Source of the DNA: Klebsormidium nitens
Lineage: Eukaryota > Plantae > Klebsormidiophyceae
Length of the DNA: 64,000 bases
Direction of reading: 5' to 3'
Assembly: GCA_000708835.1 (NCBI GenBank)
Contig: DF236992.1
Coordinates: 80,513-144,512, forward strand
This document shows, one piece after another, positions 32,301 through 44,800 of the stretch. Each line of letters begins with the position of its first letter. The first letter of the stretch is position 1. The translations under genes were made by a program, and so were the position numbers. The notes below the pieces were generated by a model. It had not been told where the DNA came from. It was given only the letters and a program-made list of their open reading frames with translations, and searched no databases.

Positions 32301-33327
32301 CAGATGGCGCGCTCCAAGAAGGCGTGCATCGTCTTCTTCGACGAGGTGGACGCGATCGGGGGCGCGCGCTTCGACGACGGCAGCGGCGGCGACAACGAGG
32401 TGCAGCGCACGATGCTCGAGATCGTCAACCAGCTGGACGGCTTCGACGCGCGGGGCAACATCAAGGTCCTCATGGCCACCAATAGGTGAGTGTGCGGCAC
32501 AGCGATGGAAGGAGGAGTGTGGAAGCAAGCGGTAGGAAGCAAGCGAGGAGTGATTATTGGATATCTACGTGCAATCGTTCCCTTAATTGCTGTGGCCCCT
32601 TGTTACGAAAACTTCGTCTGGTCGAGAGAGTCAGCCTCCTGTCCATTCTAACGCTGGCAAGCTGACTGCTTGCCGACTCAGCTTGCCGACTGCCTGCTAG
32701 CTAACTCTGTTGTCGACTGTCAGATTGGGGATTCATGAGTGATACGTTAATAGGCCAACATCTGGCAAGGTCAGCCATTACTAAGGTTTACATATGTATA
32801 CAATACTTGTATTGTATATGTAGTGTCAAAACCTCGTTGGTTAGACCGCCGACAATGAGGTGACTGTGTTTGACGAAGCCTCGTGCATCGGCCGATTGCC
32901 AAGTGTTGTGGTCGAGTTTTGACTTGGAAAGACCGTCGGTTCTGCATGACCCTTTGTCACAGAAAGTTTGAAATTGATGTTCTCCGATTGCAGGCCTGAC
33001 ACGCTAGACCCCGCCCTCCTTCGACCTGGTAGACTGGACCGGAAGGTAGAGTTTGGATTGCCAGACCTGGAGAGCCGCACGCAAATCTTCAAGATCCACT
33101 CTAGGACCATGAACTGCGAGCGGGACATCCGGTTTGAGCTCCTGGCTCGCCTGTGCCCGAACAGCACGGGAGCCGACATCAGGAGTGTTTGCACGGAAGC
33201 GGGCATGTATGCAATCAGAGCGAGGCGGAAAACGGTCAGCGAAAAGGACTTCCTAGAGGCTGTAAACAAGGTCATCAAGGGGTACCAAAAGTTCAGCGCC
33301 ACGCCAAAGTACATGGTGTACAACTAG
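29385..33327 (+). CDS. RPT1: 26S proteasome regulatory ATPase subunit RPT1 (PSMC2 / subunit 7), ~423 aa
   Basis: Exons 29385-29462, 29591-29672, 29991-30082, 30306-30383, 30705-30766, 31353-31658, 32246-32485, 32994-33327. Motifs: [17 protein letters not shown], Walker A GPPGTGKT, Walker B FFDEVD, and C-terminal [11 protein letters not shown]. Confidence 0.98.
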
Positions 33328-34566
33328 GACGAAGATTGTGGGGAAAATCAGCTTGGAAAGCGCGCTCAATTTCGTGCTCTGCCACTCATATTCCCTGCGC
33401 TGCGTGCAACATGGTTGTTGCTGCCTGGAGTCTCAGCTGTAGTCTGCATTGTTTAAGCATCACCATGCGATGAGCCAGTATTGAGGAGAATCTGCTTGCA
33501 CTGTCTAGCGCAGTCAAGGCGTCAGGTTCAACGCCCTTGTCATCCGATCAATTGTAGTGAGACTAGCAGATTCATTATTGTGCACATGCAATGTTGCTCA
33601 GTAAGCCTGACAGTGCCGCCCTTTGATGATTAAAAACTTCTTGTGCCCATATAACGTGATTTGCGCACTGAGGCTTATATAATCGCTTCCAAGGAATGAT
33701 CAGCTCGCATCAACCAATATCCTGTATCATGCGCGAATTGCTGGAGGCCCGAAATGTTGCACGCGCAATTCTTTCGTAGAATTGCCCATGAGCCTAGCAT
33801 GCGAACAAATGCAGGTCGACCAGTATCATTGACACCCACCGTCTTATTTAGCTTGATTGAATGCATGCGCGGCATGCATGGCGCGACTTTCTCGGTCCGA
33901 TCACCCCGGCACTCCATAATGACACATGGTTCCCACGGTTCATATGTACTCAGTGGTATACTGCACAAGTATAGGAGTTCGAGAGTCAACGGCTACCTAG
34001 CTGCTTGCTTCGCAAACTCCATGATTTAGGAAGTTGGCGCTCAATGAGCAGCCTGCAACTGCATGCTTGTGAGATTCCATTCAGTACTGAGTTCAGCACG
34101 TCAATGATGCAAAGTCTGTGGCATACACGGGATTATTGTTAATGCTCCAACGGCGGCTCATTAAGCTCTTTTGAGATTTAGTAGTGGAATGTCTGTTCCT
34201 GCAGTCCCCCTTTCATACATTCCTTGGCAACTGGGTGGGACTGGTTTGAGACGCCATGGGGGTCAGCCCCACTTGTATGTCAACACCGCACCACTACAGA
34301 GCACAATGACATCGGAACTTGACACGGCATATCATATTATCATCATATCAAATCACAGAGATGCTATCATTGATCATCATGGCCGTATCCTTCAACCTAT
34401 AGGCTCGATTTTCGTTCGGACTGCACGAAGTGGCTGAGAAAAGCTGAGGTGGCCTTTTAAGGTATCAAGCCTCGTGCTTCTGTTTTGGGTCAAATCAAAG
34501 TAAAAGGACAATGACAAGAGCATCCTTCGTACTCGTTATTGCCAGTGACAAAGATTGGATGTGGCA

Positions 34567-35100
34567 TTACTTTCTTGTAGGATTGCCACTTTGTGTGGGC
34601 TTGTCAGGATACTCTGCTGCCAGTACGTAGTCAACGAGTTCCCACAAGAGGTTTAGCCCCACATCCTCAATGATGTAATCGCCACCAAACCTCTGATGCT
34701 CCTCACCTGGCGGTGTCAGAATGGAGTCACGAAAGTTGAGCCGCCTGCCCCGTTCGAATGTGTACGGGTTATTGCATATTTGATCCAACCACCCTCTGAA
34801 ATCCTTTTGGTCCTTGTCTTTATAGGCCTTGCCTATGTAACCAAATCGGTACTGGAACCAAAGCTGATATTCCTCGACATAAACACAAACTCTAGCACCA
34901 AGACTAGGATCGTGGAAATGGCTCAGCACATCGCCTTCGATTGCATCCGGTTCGTCGCTCGCCAGCACAGCAGCAACCAGCCGCATGAGAATGTCCTCGG
35001 TTGTGTCCTGTGAGCTCTCAGCTGGAATGTGACGTGCATACTCTTGCCACTTTGTCCGTAGTTCCCTCAGCCTTGCCTTTCTCTCGGAGAGGTCCACCAT
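34567..35100 (-). CDS. Hypothetical intronless protein, 177 aa from ATG 35100 (frame open to 35214)
   Basis: Long stop-free frame with globular-protein-like composition (MVDLSERKARLRELRTKW...YQLWFQYRFGYIGKAY...LLWELVDYVLAAEY). It lies outside neighbouring genes, so it is not an antisense shadow. No family recognised. Confidence 0.6.
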   Translation of the reverse strand: MVDLSERKARLRELRTKWQEYARHIPAESSQDTTEDILMRLVAAVLASDEPDAIEGDVLSHFHDPSLGARVCVYVEEYQLWFQYRFGYIGKAYKDKDQKDFRGWLDQICNNPYTFERGRRLNFRDSILTPPGEEHQRFGGDYIIEDVGLNLLWELVDYVLAAEYPDKPTQSGNPTRK

Positions 35101-36859
35101 TTCTGTGCGTCTGCTGAGTTGCAACACGCCCGCAACACACTGTCTGTACTCCTGACCTACAGCTCGAAGGCGGCCGCTCGCAGGCGCTTTCCACTGCAAA
35201 ACGACGTCGACCAACCCTGGCGCTGTGCCGAGCCCGTTTCCGCTGCGAAGTACGGATCAGTCTCTCCCTCTGCGCTCAGAAGTGGCCAAACTTGCATTAC
35301 AGCAATAAGAAGATTTCCACCCAGGGTCCTCCAGCTGGGTGATCCCTTTGAGCTGTACACAACATGAGGGATAATACCTACAGACGTGCTGTTCATGACT
35401 ACTGCAACTATGTACTAGTCAATCATTCGCGACTGAGTCAGCGCGTGACGACCGTCTCCGGCGGCGGCGGCCGGCACGCGCTCGGTAGATTCGACTACCG
35501 TCCGATGGCACAGAGCCCCGCCCATCGACCGTCCTTATGGCCACGAATTCGTTGCGTGCGCGTGTAACCGAAGGTGTCTGCTGTACTAAAGCTAATCAGA
35601 TGGTTCCGAGTCAGTGCGCACCGTGAGAAACTGTAGACTTGATTTTGACCGACGGTAGCCTTAGGATAGTGCTCATTGGTAGGAAGCTCAATCCAGCTAT
35701 TTCGTGCCAGTTGGCACTGATGTGCGCGACTCCTTGATACCTAGGGTTGTCATTAGCCAGCTCGCAAGTTCGACGGTATTTGTAGGTATGTCCGTGTGCA
35801 GATAGACTCAATCACTGTGCCATGTGGACGTCAACCTTCGCCACATAATGGAGACGATCATCCAAGCTTTCGCGAGGCCATGCGTCTCGCTCTCATTTTA
35901 GATCCACAGATCAGAGAAGTGGCTGGATTCACACCCGAAGGCCCCCTTGTTTTAAGGAATACCTAGGAACTGCTTGAAGTGGACCATAAGAGCGACATCT
36001 GATCGCTCGTGCTCATGTATCATCAATCAATTCAGTTTCTCAATGCGCCAATGCAAGCTCAGGGGTGAAGACCACCAATGGTTGCAGGAGCTCTGTCCTG
36101 CCACCAGTCTTTGCCCAAGAAATACTAAAAAGTATGCTCGAGCAGATGCCATTCATTGGCCTCTGATGGACAAATGGATGGGCGTGGGGAGACGGAGCGA
36201 GTGAGTCTTCATCAAGAAATGCTGTCACGTTCTTCGCTGTTATTGATTAAATTGGACGATTGTACAAGGATGTCAAAAGCACGCAGCTACTTAGAGGTAA
36301 TTCTGGTCAGCTTTTTGAGCTGTCTTGAGTTGTGCTCTGTGGATGGGAGTGAAGCTCTAAGCTCCTAGAGTTGTCAACCTCCGAAGGCCACATTGCCAAA
36401 ACTGCTTTCAAAATGCTGATAGTCGGTACTTCAGCTCTGATCAGTAAGGTGAGCCACCCCCTTGTCCATAAATGCTGATTGGGCGCCCACAAAGTCGGGT
36501 CGAGTCTAAGCATATGATCATGTTTAGTTGGGCAGACAAAACGGATCAAGGGCACCCGGTCAACCTTCGAGTAAATAAGGAGCTGTGCATCTCTTAAATG
36601 CTGTGCGACTGCATAAGAGACACAGTCTTAAACCTCTGCTCTTTTTCTCCAGAGCAGAGTATTGGCTTCCACACACCGCACCATATTGCTGTAAGGCACC
36701 GCTGGCCCCCAAATATGAATGCAGTGGCCTATTCTTCTCTGGAGACGGTCCCGTAAAGCGTGCTTTCAATCTTTTGCTGCAGGTGCTTATATCACTAGCT
36801 CGATTGTGGCCGCGTTTCACACACCGCTGTCTCAGCTGTGAGGGATCGAACACGTCAGT

Positions 36860-39800
36860 ATGTCGGCAAAGAAGAGCCCAAAGAAGGGCAAGGGCTCCAA
36901 AGACAGCAAAGCAAAAGGTGCGCTTATTTGCGCTCAATATGGTCAAGCGTCTGTGGCATACCACTTTGCAACGTGGCATTCATTCGCATGGGACTTTCAG
37001 GCATAAGGAGCTGCTTAGCTCGTAACCAGGCTTACTAATATCTCACAACGATTGATATATCTATCTTGCGTTCATCACGGCAAGAACCCTCACTCTTCTC
37101 TTTCGTCAAGGCAGAGATTGAAACGTGCCTCGCCCTCAGTGGTGCTATATGGGGCTTTTAGTAAGAGTTGTCTCTGAATCTTCGCGGCGCCGCCACATTG
37201 GATGTAATCGCTCTAATCAAGAGACACGTGCGCTTGTAAGGCACTCGGAGACCGTACTTCGTCTTCCTCGCAGATGCCCCTGATGACATCAGCACGATCA
37301 AGCTGAAGCGAGCCGAGTCCGAGATAGCGTCCCTGCAGCGACAGCTCGGTGGGTTTCCCGTGTCCTAAATCTCGTCCCGGTCTGACACCATAATCCAGCC
37401 GCAGGTCTTGTTTGACCAGCAAATCCTTGATGGCCCGTCTTTTTGTAATCTGAAGCTAGATACAAAGTAGTAGATATTGATCTGTCAAGCGTTCTTCATT
37501 TGGTGCTGACCACAGATGCTGTGAACAGCAAGTATGGCAGCTCCTCTGCCATTCCTGGAGGACAAGTCACCAGCCCTGCTTACGCTTCTCCACGCAGGAA
37601 GGGCCTGCTTTGTATCGACCTTGCTCAGATGATCAGTTTTTCAAAAGCTCGTGAATCTGGATCTTCAGTTGCGAAAGGAAGTGCCCAGGAGGTTGTCAAG
37701 AATGGACCAAGAAACACAGTCGAGAGAAACGGAGACTGTTCCGGGAAGGCGGCTTACGACCGATGAAACACCTCCTGTTAGATTGGAACGATCCTTCATC
37801 CGCCCACCGCAAAGTGACCGTGTCTCACTTGAGGGAAAGCGAGGCTTGAAAAGCGGAGCCACCACTCCAACTCCTATATTTCGTTCTTTGCAGTCGAGCG
37901 GGAGCATGAGGTTTCCATGGCCCGCAACGAGGAGAAGCTGCTCCGCGAGCGGCTGATAGCGCTGACGCGCGCGCTGGACGAGCAACACGAGGCAATCGAA
38001 GACGTGACGTAAGCGGTTCGAAGTCCTGGTTCTGTCCTCAACGAAAGGTACCCTTGTTCAAAGAGTTCTGTACTTGCACTGATCGGAATGGTCAGCGTCA
38101 AATGTCGGTCCGACCGAGGCGAGAAGCAGTTTCGCTTTCTGTCCAACGGTTACATCTCTGCTCTGAAATTGTCTTTACCATGTCTACGCAAGTATTTTGC
38201 CCTTTTATCAGAGCTGACTTCCAAATGCATTCGAGACCGACTATGTAAACCTATCGCCAGTCAACTCACGCGGTAGCCGATCTTGGTCTGCGCCTTGACC
38301 CTTGTTTCTCTCTCGCTTAGCGACGACCTGACCCGGCGCTTCAAGGCGGGGCAGGACCAGCTGCTCACTCTAGTTGCCGACTTGTCGGAGCGCAACAAGG
38401 AGCTGCAGCAAACGCTCGGTACGGCCATCGCTCATCCTCGATTGGCGTTCTACCACGCCTTTCGCTTTGTAGTCTTTGCTTTTTGCCCTTCCTTTTCTTC
38501 CGTTCTCTCTATCTTACGTTCTCTCTATCTCTTCCTCGGATGCTCACCTTGTCTTCTGGGCTGGTAGAAACACTCTCAGGCCCCATGTCGACTGTGTGCC
38601 AGAGCATTCCGACGTTTCAATTGTCACGAACTAGCTGCTCACTGGTCCCAAGCGGCAAGGAAAGAAGCCACCGTCATCCTTTTGAGACACGTGACTCATC
38701 TCGACTGTGATGTACAGCAATCTTCGCAAAGTTCTGGTGTCAATTAACAGGTCAGAAAAGATATGTCCTGAAGAAACTACAGAAACGTCTCTCTTCGCAA
38801 AGCTAAAACTCAAGCTGCAAATGGCGGATTACATTGATAACGCGAGGTTTTTGCTCTCAGAGAGCGGTCTTCTGCTTCCGACTTCGCTTCCACTTCCTTC
38901 TATATCCGGAAGGTTTGATGATCAATGAATGCGGCGGATCTGAAATTTCTAGCAACGGAAGTGTCCCCCTAACGAAGTTTCACTAACATAGGCACCCGGG
39001 GGACGAGTAGGGCTGGTTTGGTGGTTAGGTTAGGTAGAGTTTTTAGTTTGTCTGGTCCGTGGCTTCTGATCTTCAGCGAACACTTTGTTTACCTAATGAA
39101 CAAATCCGCTGCCATTACGATCTGAATCCGTTCCGTTACTTTCCTGCAGACCGGAAGGAAGACACGGTGCGCCAGATGAACGCCGAGAAAGACCGCGTGT
39201 TGCACGACAAGGATCGGCAGGTGACGCACAATTAGGTTTTGAATTCTTTCGATCCGACCAGGTTGAGAGATCTTGCGGGACAAGCCTCACAGACCCTACC
39301 TGTCTCGAAGCCCTTCGAGGCTGCTCTAATATTCTTCCCGTGTAGGAACATGTCCCCTGATTCAAATCTCAAGTGCCTTGGGCTCTGTCTGCAGAATCCT
39401 GTTTACCAAGATTAGCCTAGCTGGCGTCGAGGCGCAAGAATTTGAACGTCCACCCTGGTAACGGGGGGCTCGATCGACCCACGTGTCAGTTCAGAGAGAG
39501 TGCATGGCTCTTGGGGACCTCTCGTAACGCCACGTGTCTGTGCCGCAGATCCAGGACCTCAAGGGGAAAATGGAAGAGATGTCAGTGCAGTTTGCGGCGA
39601 TGCTCAAGGTGAGCCGATGTCCGTTCACAACCCTGCAGATGATCTGGTTCAGTGGGAAGTACCTGATCGGAGGATTCGCAAACTCAAAACATTGGCGAAT
39701 TGGCTCTACATTTCTTTCTCAGCCCTTTGCGGTATTGAGTGTTTGCACTATCGGGATGTCAAAACGGCAAACTACTTCCTGGACGTCCGTCCTCTGTTTT

Positions 39801-40419
39801 GATCTGCTCTGTGGTTTACTTGGACCCCCTTCCAAGAACATATATCCAGACGCCCTATTCGTTACGCCGCTTCTTGAGCTACGGGTCTGGCTTGACTAAA
39901 GATGCTGTTGGAAGCACATGTCGAGTATTTGTTTGTCTGGATTTTCGCCTCCCAAATTCGACAGTGAGCAAGTTACCTTCGAGATTGCGTCCGAGCCCTT
40001 CCAAGGTTCATTCACCACCAGCATACTGTTCCTATCTTGGTTCTTTTTGCGGCCGTCCGAAGTACTTCTGCCACCCGGTTTCTCACCTCTCGTGAGACAA
40101 AGCGCAAAGCGCCAGTCAGACAATCCTGTATCCAGTATACGGTCACTAGTCTCCGGCCGTAAATGTAAAGGTCGGAATAAACATCAGGCACCTTCTCAGC
40201 TATCGCAGGTGCCCATTACTTTCAACATAGATCCCAATAAACCGACAGAGATGTCGTCACACGCGAACCACGCTTGTCAACCCAAGCCAGCCTCGAAAGT
40301 CGCCCAAGAGGTGGTGCATATTCTTGTGGCGCCGCCTCACTAATGTGCTCGAGCGTTTGCTCGTACAGGAAACTTTGGAGAAGATGAGCGATCGGGTCAC
40401 CGGGCAAAGCCGGGTCTAG
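36860..40419 (+). CDS. CCDC153: CCDC153 / dynein regulatory complex subunit 12-like coiled-coil protein, 175 aa
   Basis: Exons 36860-36917, 37274-37348, 37894-38008, 38321-38418, 39150-39220, 39549-39608, 40369-40419 sum to 528 nt in frame. Lys-rich N-terminus MSAKKSPKKGKGSKDSK, coiled coil, C-terminal IQDLKGKMEEMSVQFAAMLKETLEKMSDRV as recalled for the CCDC153 family. Confidence 0.75.
38991..39058. repeat. Third, internally deleted copy of the telomere-like MITE core in CCDC153 intron 4
   Basis: GGCACCCGGGGGACGAGTAGGGCTGGTTTGGTGGTTAGG matches 34/39 to the reverse complement of the 26.1-kb element. It is followed by GTTTTTAGTTTGTCTGGTCC, matching the other end of the core. Confidence 0.7.
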
Positions 40420-41858
40420 CTCCCCGAGGTTCTCCCCCGCGCTGCCCCGCTGTAGCAACCCCCGGGGTCCCCAGGTTGAGCCGCGATCGAGGCGGTGCGC
40501 CACGAAGCGGCCTCGAGCTGCTGCCACGTCGAAGCAGTATGACGTAAGCGTATGTCATCAGCGGAAAAGAAAGCGGCCCGCTGTCGTCGAAAGCTTGCCG
40601 CAGATCGTCTGATAGCTGGGCAAGTAGCTTTGCTGGGGAGCGGATAGAAGCAGACGGTCCGCCGCAGTTTTCCATGGGGTCAGGGCCGTAACGTTTCTGC
40701 TGAGATCCACAGCGCCACGCTCGTGAATCTCGCCATGCGTGCCGCCGGAACACGGAAGACCTTGTAACAATCATTTGAACAGTCACGTTTGGGAGAGAAC
40801 CATGCGTGCCAGGAAGGCCGGCGCCTCGGTGCCCTATTTTCAACAATTTATGTGGGTCTAAAAGCCCAGTGGGCAGAGTAGGAGCCTACACAGTAACATG
40901 TTTACCTCCTGTTATCTGGCTTCAAGATTGAAATTGCTTTTCTGGCTTCAAGATCGAGGATGCAGGATCGAGCTCTTCTCTACGTACACAACCTTGTCAA
41001 AAGATCGAGGCTCGTCCATATCAGACCACAATTGATCCGCTCCGAGAAGACCCGACCGTAGATACCTTCGAAAAGGCTTGCCAACTGCAGTCTATCCCAA
41101 ATGTGATCCAAGCAGAGCCGCCCAGCCCCCAATCAAAACCTCAGCACATGAATCGTAGTATATATGCCATAGACTCGACGACACCGCTGGCACTTCCCGT
41201 TTGGATGCAGCGGGGTGCCAATGCTTATAGGGGGGTACTTGTGTCGGACCATGCATACCGTAAGTGCTTGCCTGATGAACCAGCATAGATATTCTGCATT
41301 CAAAGGCCGGGTACTGACACGGGCTCCACATGTGTCGTTGTACTATCAGGACGCAATTGAACGGCCAAGCCATGCTGTACAATAGTGTTCCTGCAGCATG
41401 ACCATCATATTGACCGTACCAAGCCAACATACCTATCGTTGAGGAGGGGGAGGAGGGGTGTGTCAATCGCACCGAGCTCTGCCTTTACATGTCTCCGACA
41501 ACAAGGATGACATGAATGAAAAAAAAAAATAGCAAGATTAAGCGGGCTGCAATTAAATATGGATCGAGCAGTCTTTATGAGCGATCGACTATTTTCATAC
41601 TCTGCATGGATTGTTCGGTTTAAAAGTGCCGAACCTTGCTCTTTATACCTCAATGCCTTTCTATGACTGTACTTAGTGGATATGCTGCAGGTTTCGCGAC
41701 CTTCTAGAAGCGTATGCAAGACAGAATCGCCAACAACAAATCGGTGTGCTCTATGTACCTCCTCTTGAATGTCTTACAATTTCTCCTGTCCTACTCAAAC
41801 CTTGAATACAACAACTCATGTCTTTCATTTACTAAGCACCTTCTATCCCGCTGCCAAG

Positions 41859-44800
41859 TCAAGCTAAGCTATCCAGCAATTGCCAGTGTTTCCAGATGGG
41901 GACCATCGTATTCGCGGTGATCATTCCGCTCGCAGCAACAGCCGGCACCTGCGAAAGTATGCAGCCGCCTTAGTGTACCGTCCATACCTCTCCGGGCTTC
42001 AGCATCCCAGATTCACCAGCGTACTTACTTCCAGAACAAAGCGGACTTGGCGGCAATACTTCCATATTGACCAACGCCGGAAAGAGAAGCCGCGAGTTGA
42101 AGCCAATCGAAAGCTTCTTCCTGAGGCCTTTGTCTCCTATCCCTCACATACACTGAACGAAAGCAACGCAGAAAGGAAACCTGCATAGTCAGTATGTCCC
42201 GCTAGGCCCAGGTGACTGCCAGTCTGCCACCTAAAACGGCTTTTACGTCGAGCGAATCTTGATGAACGAGTCCCAAGCTCTCGCAAAAAGCCCAACCAGC
42301 AACCTAAGCTCAACGTTCGTTAAAAGCCCAGGGATGGGAGAACCCAGAAAAGTAGCTCACCCCGATACCTGGCATGGTGGAATCGCCGCAGCAGTAGAGC
42401 CCCGGGAGGGGCGACACCGGCCCCGGCCAGCTCTGCTTGCCCGCCTCGATGGCCGGGCCGTACGTCCCCCGACTGCCGCAGAAAAAAGACGGAAACGGGT
42501 TTAGATAACGATGATCGCGGCTGACAGGTAACCTTTCGTTAGAGCTCGAGGACTGAGAGGAACAGGTCAGAAAGCGGGTGATGCAGCTGGAGAGCGGAAA
42601 GCAACCGGGTGGAACCGCCATTTGCGCAATGCGCTGACTGTGTAAGTTGTGGAGAAGAGAGTGAGAAGGCCCGATCTAGAGCAAGGGACGAAATGCACCT
42701 GCGTAACCTTGATAAGCCGTTAGGACATCCGGAAACAGTCGGCGAACTTTTGCGCCAAGTATTGGATTAGGTTCAAGCTGTACCAGGCGATTGTAGCAAC
42801 CGATGTAGAAAAACGGTTGTGGGTCACCCTGACAAACGACGGTGACCTACCTTCTCCGCAGGTACCGCTCGTGCGTGAGCGGCGTTCCGATCATCTCCAG
42901 TTCCGTCCGCTGACGGATGTCCGGAATGACCCGCTCCAGCGCCCGCCAGAGCACTTGCACGCGCTCCTCCTTGAGGGCCTTGTACTCGGGGCTGAACCGG
43001 TCGAGGCCCTCCCAAATGCTGCGAACGAGGAGGGAAACAAGGCCTCAGAAACGTGGGTCGACGAGGAACGATCGCAACGAGCGGGCTCTTCTTCCGAGGC
43101 TTGAAAGTACGTGGGCCTTTCAGGAGCTCCAACTGCCATTCTGATGCAGGACATCGCGTATCGGATTTTGCAATATGTTTGAAAACCTTTGTCGCGGATA
43201 TTTCGAGGCTGAGCAGATTCCTCGAAAGGTGCAACGGCGAAACACATCTACAGGTAGCTCGGTACGGCTCTCATCCTGGAAAAGGACATGTAGAATTGAC
43301 TTAAAAACCGCTATAAGATTCCCCGCGATTGACAAAATCTGCTCCCGACTCTCTAAGAAGATACAGAATGCCTCAATCAGGCTACTGAACACAGAATGAA
43401 GAAGACAGCAGTGATACCGACCAACGCGGCTGTGATAACAGGCTCCCTCACCTGTAGGGCTCGTTCCCCGCGGTATAAGCGTGGACAACGTGTTTTCCTT
43501 GGGGGGCGAGGTTTGGGTCGAAAATGGTGGGGATGGATATTATGCACACGTTCTGGGGGGAGCGGATCCCCGCGTCCCAGCTGTTGACTATCTGCACAAT
43601 CCAGGCAACGACCTCTTTCAGTAATAGGAAAGAGAAGTGCAAAGGAGCTCAAAAGGGACGCTGGCATCATACTGACCGCAAGGGGCAAAACGAGTTCGAA
43701 AGAGAATACTGTCCTTCAAGGTTATCGATTCTAACACGCTCCCATAGGCGATGCGTCCAAGATTAACCGGACTGGGCTGTAAATCTACTTTGCACAAGAC
43801 TTCGCCAATCGTTAAGACGTTGCTTCTGAAATGCACGCTCCTGCCGCAACGCCGAATGGCACAGTCAGTGTTACCCACCATCTTGGAAGGGTCAAAGCAG
43901 ACAAAGACTGACTGAGCCTGCCAAATCCAACTTACTTGAACAGGACCAGTCATGTTTTCGTGGAGATACAGTAACCGGGGTAGCCACAACCAAGCACTCG
44001 CCTAATCCAAGCCAAGTACAGAGACTCACCAAGTGATGGCACTCGATGTCTTCGGGAAGCCCAGTCGCATCGATGCCCAAATGTAAGTGGAGAAAACTGT
44101 CGGTCTGCGGCAAGGAAAGGATCCTTTGAAAAGTCGGCTCGCATTTGCGGTTGATATTGTTCAGAAAGTGCGGTCGAACGCAGTCTAGGATCTACCTGGT
44201 AGAACCTTCTATTCTCCAGAACGCATAGTTTAGTCAAACGGTCCTTTTTTGGCTTCGGGTGGAGCACAGAAAGTGTAAAACATCTGACGAAGCTATGGCA
44301 TACTCGAGTGCGCCATCTAAGTGTCAAGCAGATTGCGTCGCCGACAAAGCAGTGTCCAAAGCAGATGTCGTCGTTCAATTTTTGAGATTTTTGTGGACAC
44401 TCAGAGTAAGGTAGCTTCGACCAGGGGGATCTTTGAGCCTGCTCTACCAAAACAACTTGGTCGCGGCATTGAAACTTCTTCGCAAACTGCAACTTCTTTT
44501 GTCATCCATCCATTCACGCTACCTCGACTGCTTGACCTCTAAGGCTCGTAACTGTTTCTGGTCCCATCTGCTTGGCTACTGCTGCGTCCCTATCCAGAGT
44601 CAAATAATATCCGAAGAACAAGAGGACAACAGGGAAAGAACTTACCATGGGTGTCGCCAGCGCTTCTTTCCGTTCCTGCACGGGGACCGCCCCCGGGGGC
44701 AGCAGTCGCTGCGTATCCCACAGCGACGCGTTGGAGACGACGGCCTTGCGCGCGCGCACAACGGCGCTCGGGCCCTGTGAGAGACGCACGACTCAGATAC

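Noticed and set aside
36560-37025. Overlapping 146-aa (+) and 139-aa (-) ORFs
   Set aside because: They overlap the CCDC153 first exon and promoter in other frames and have no protein-like features.
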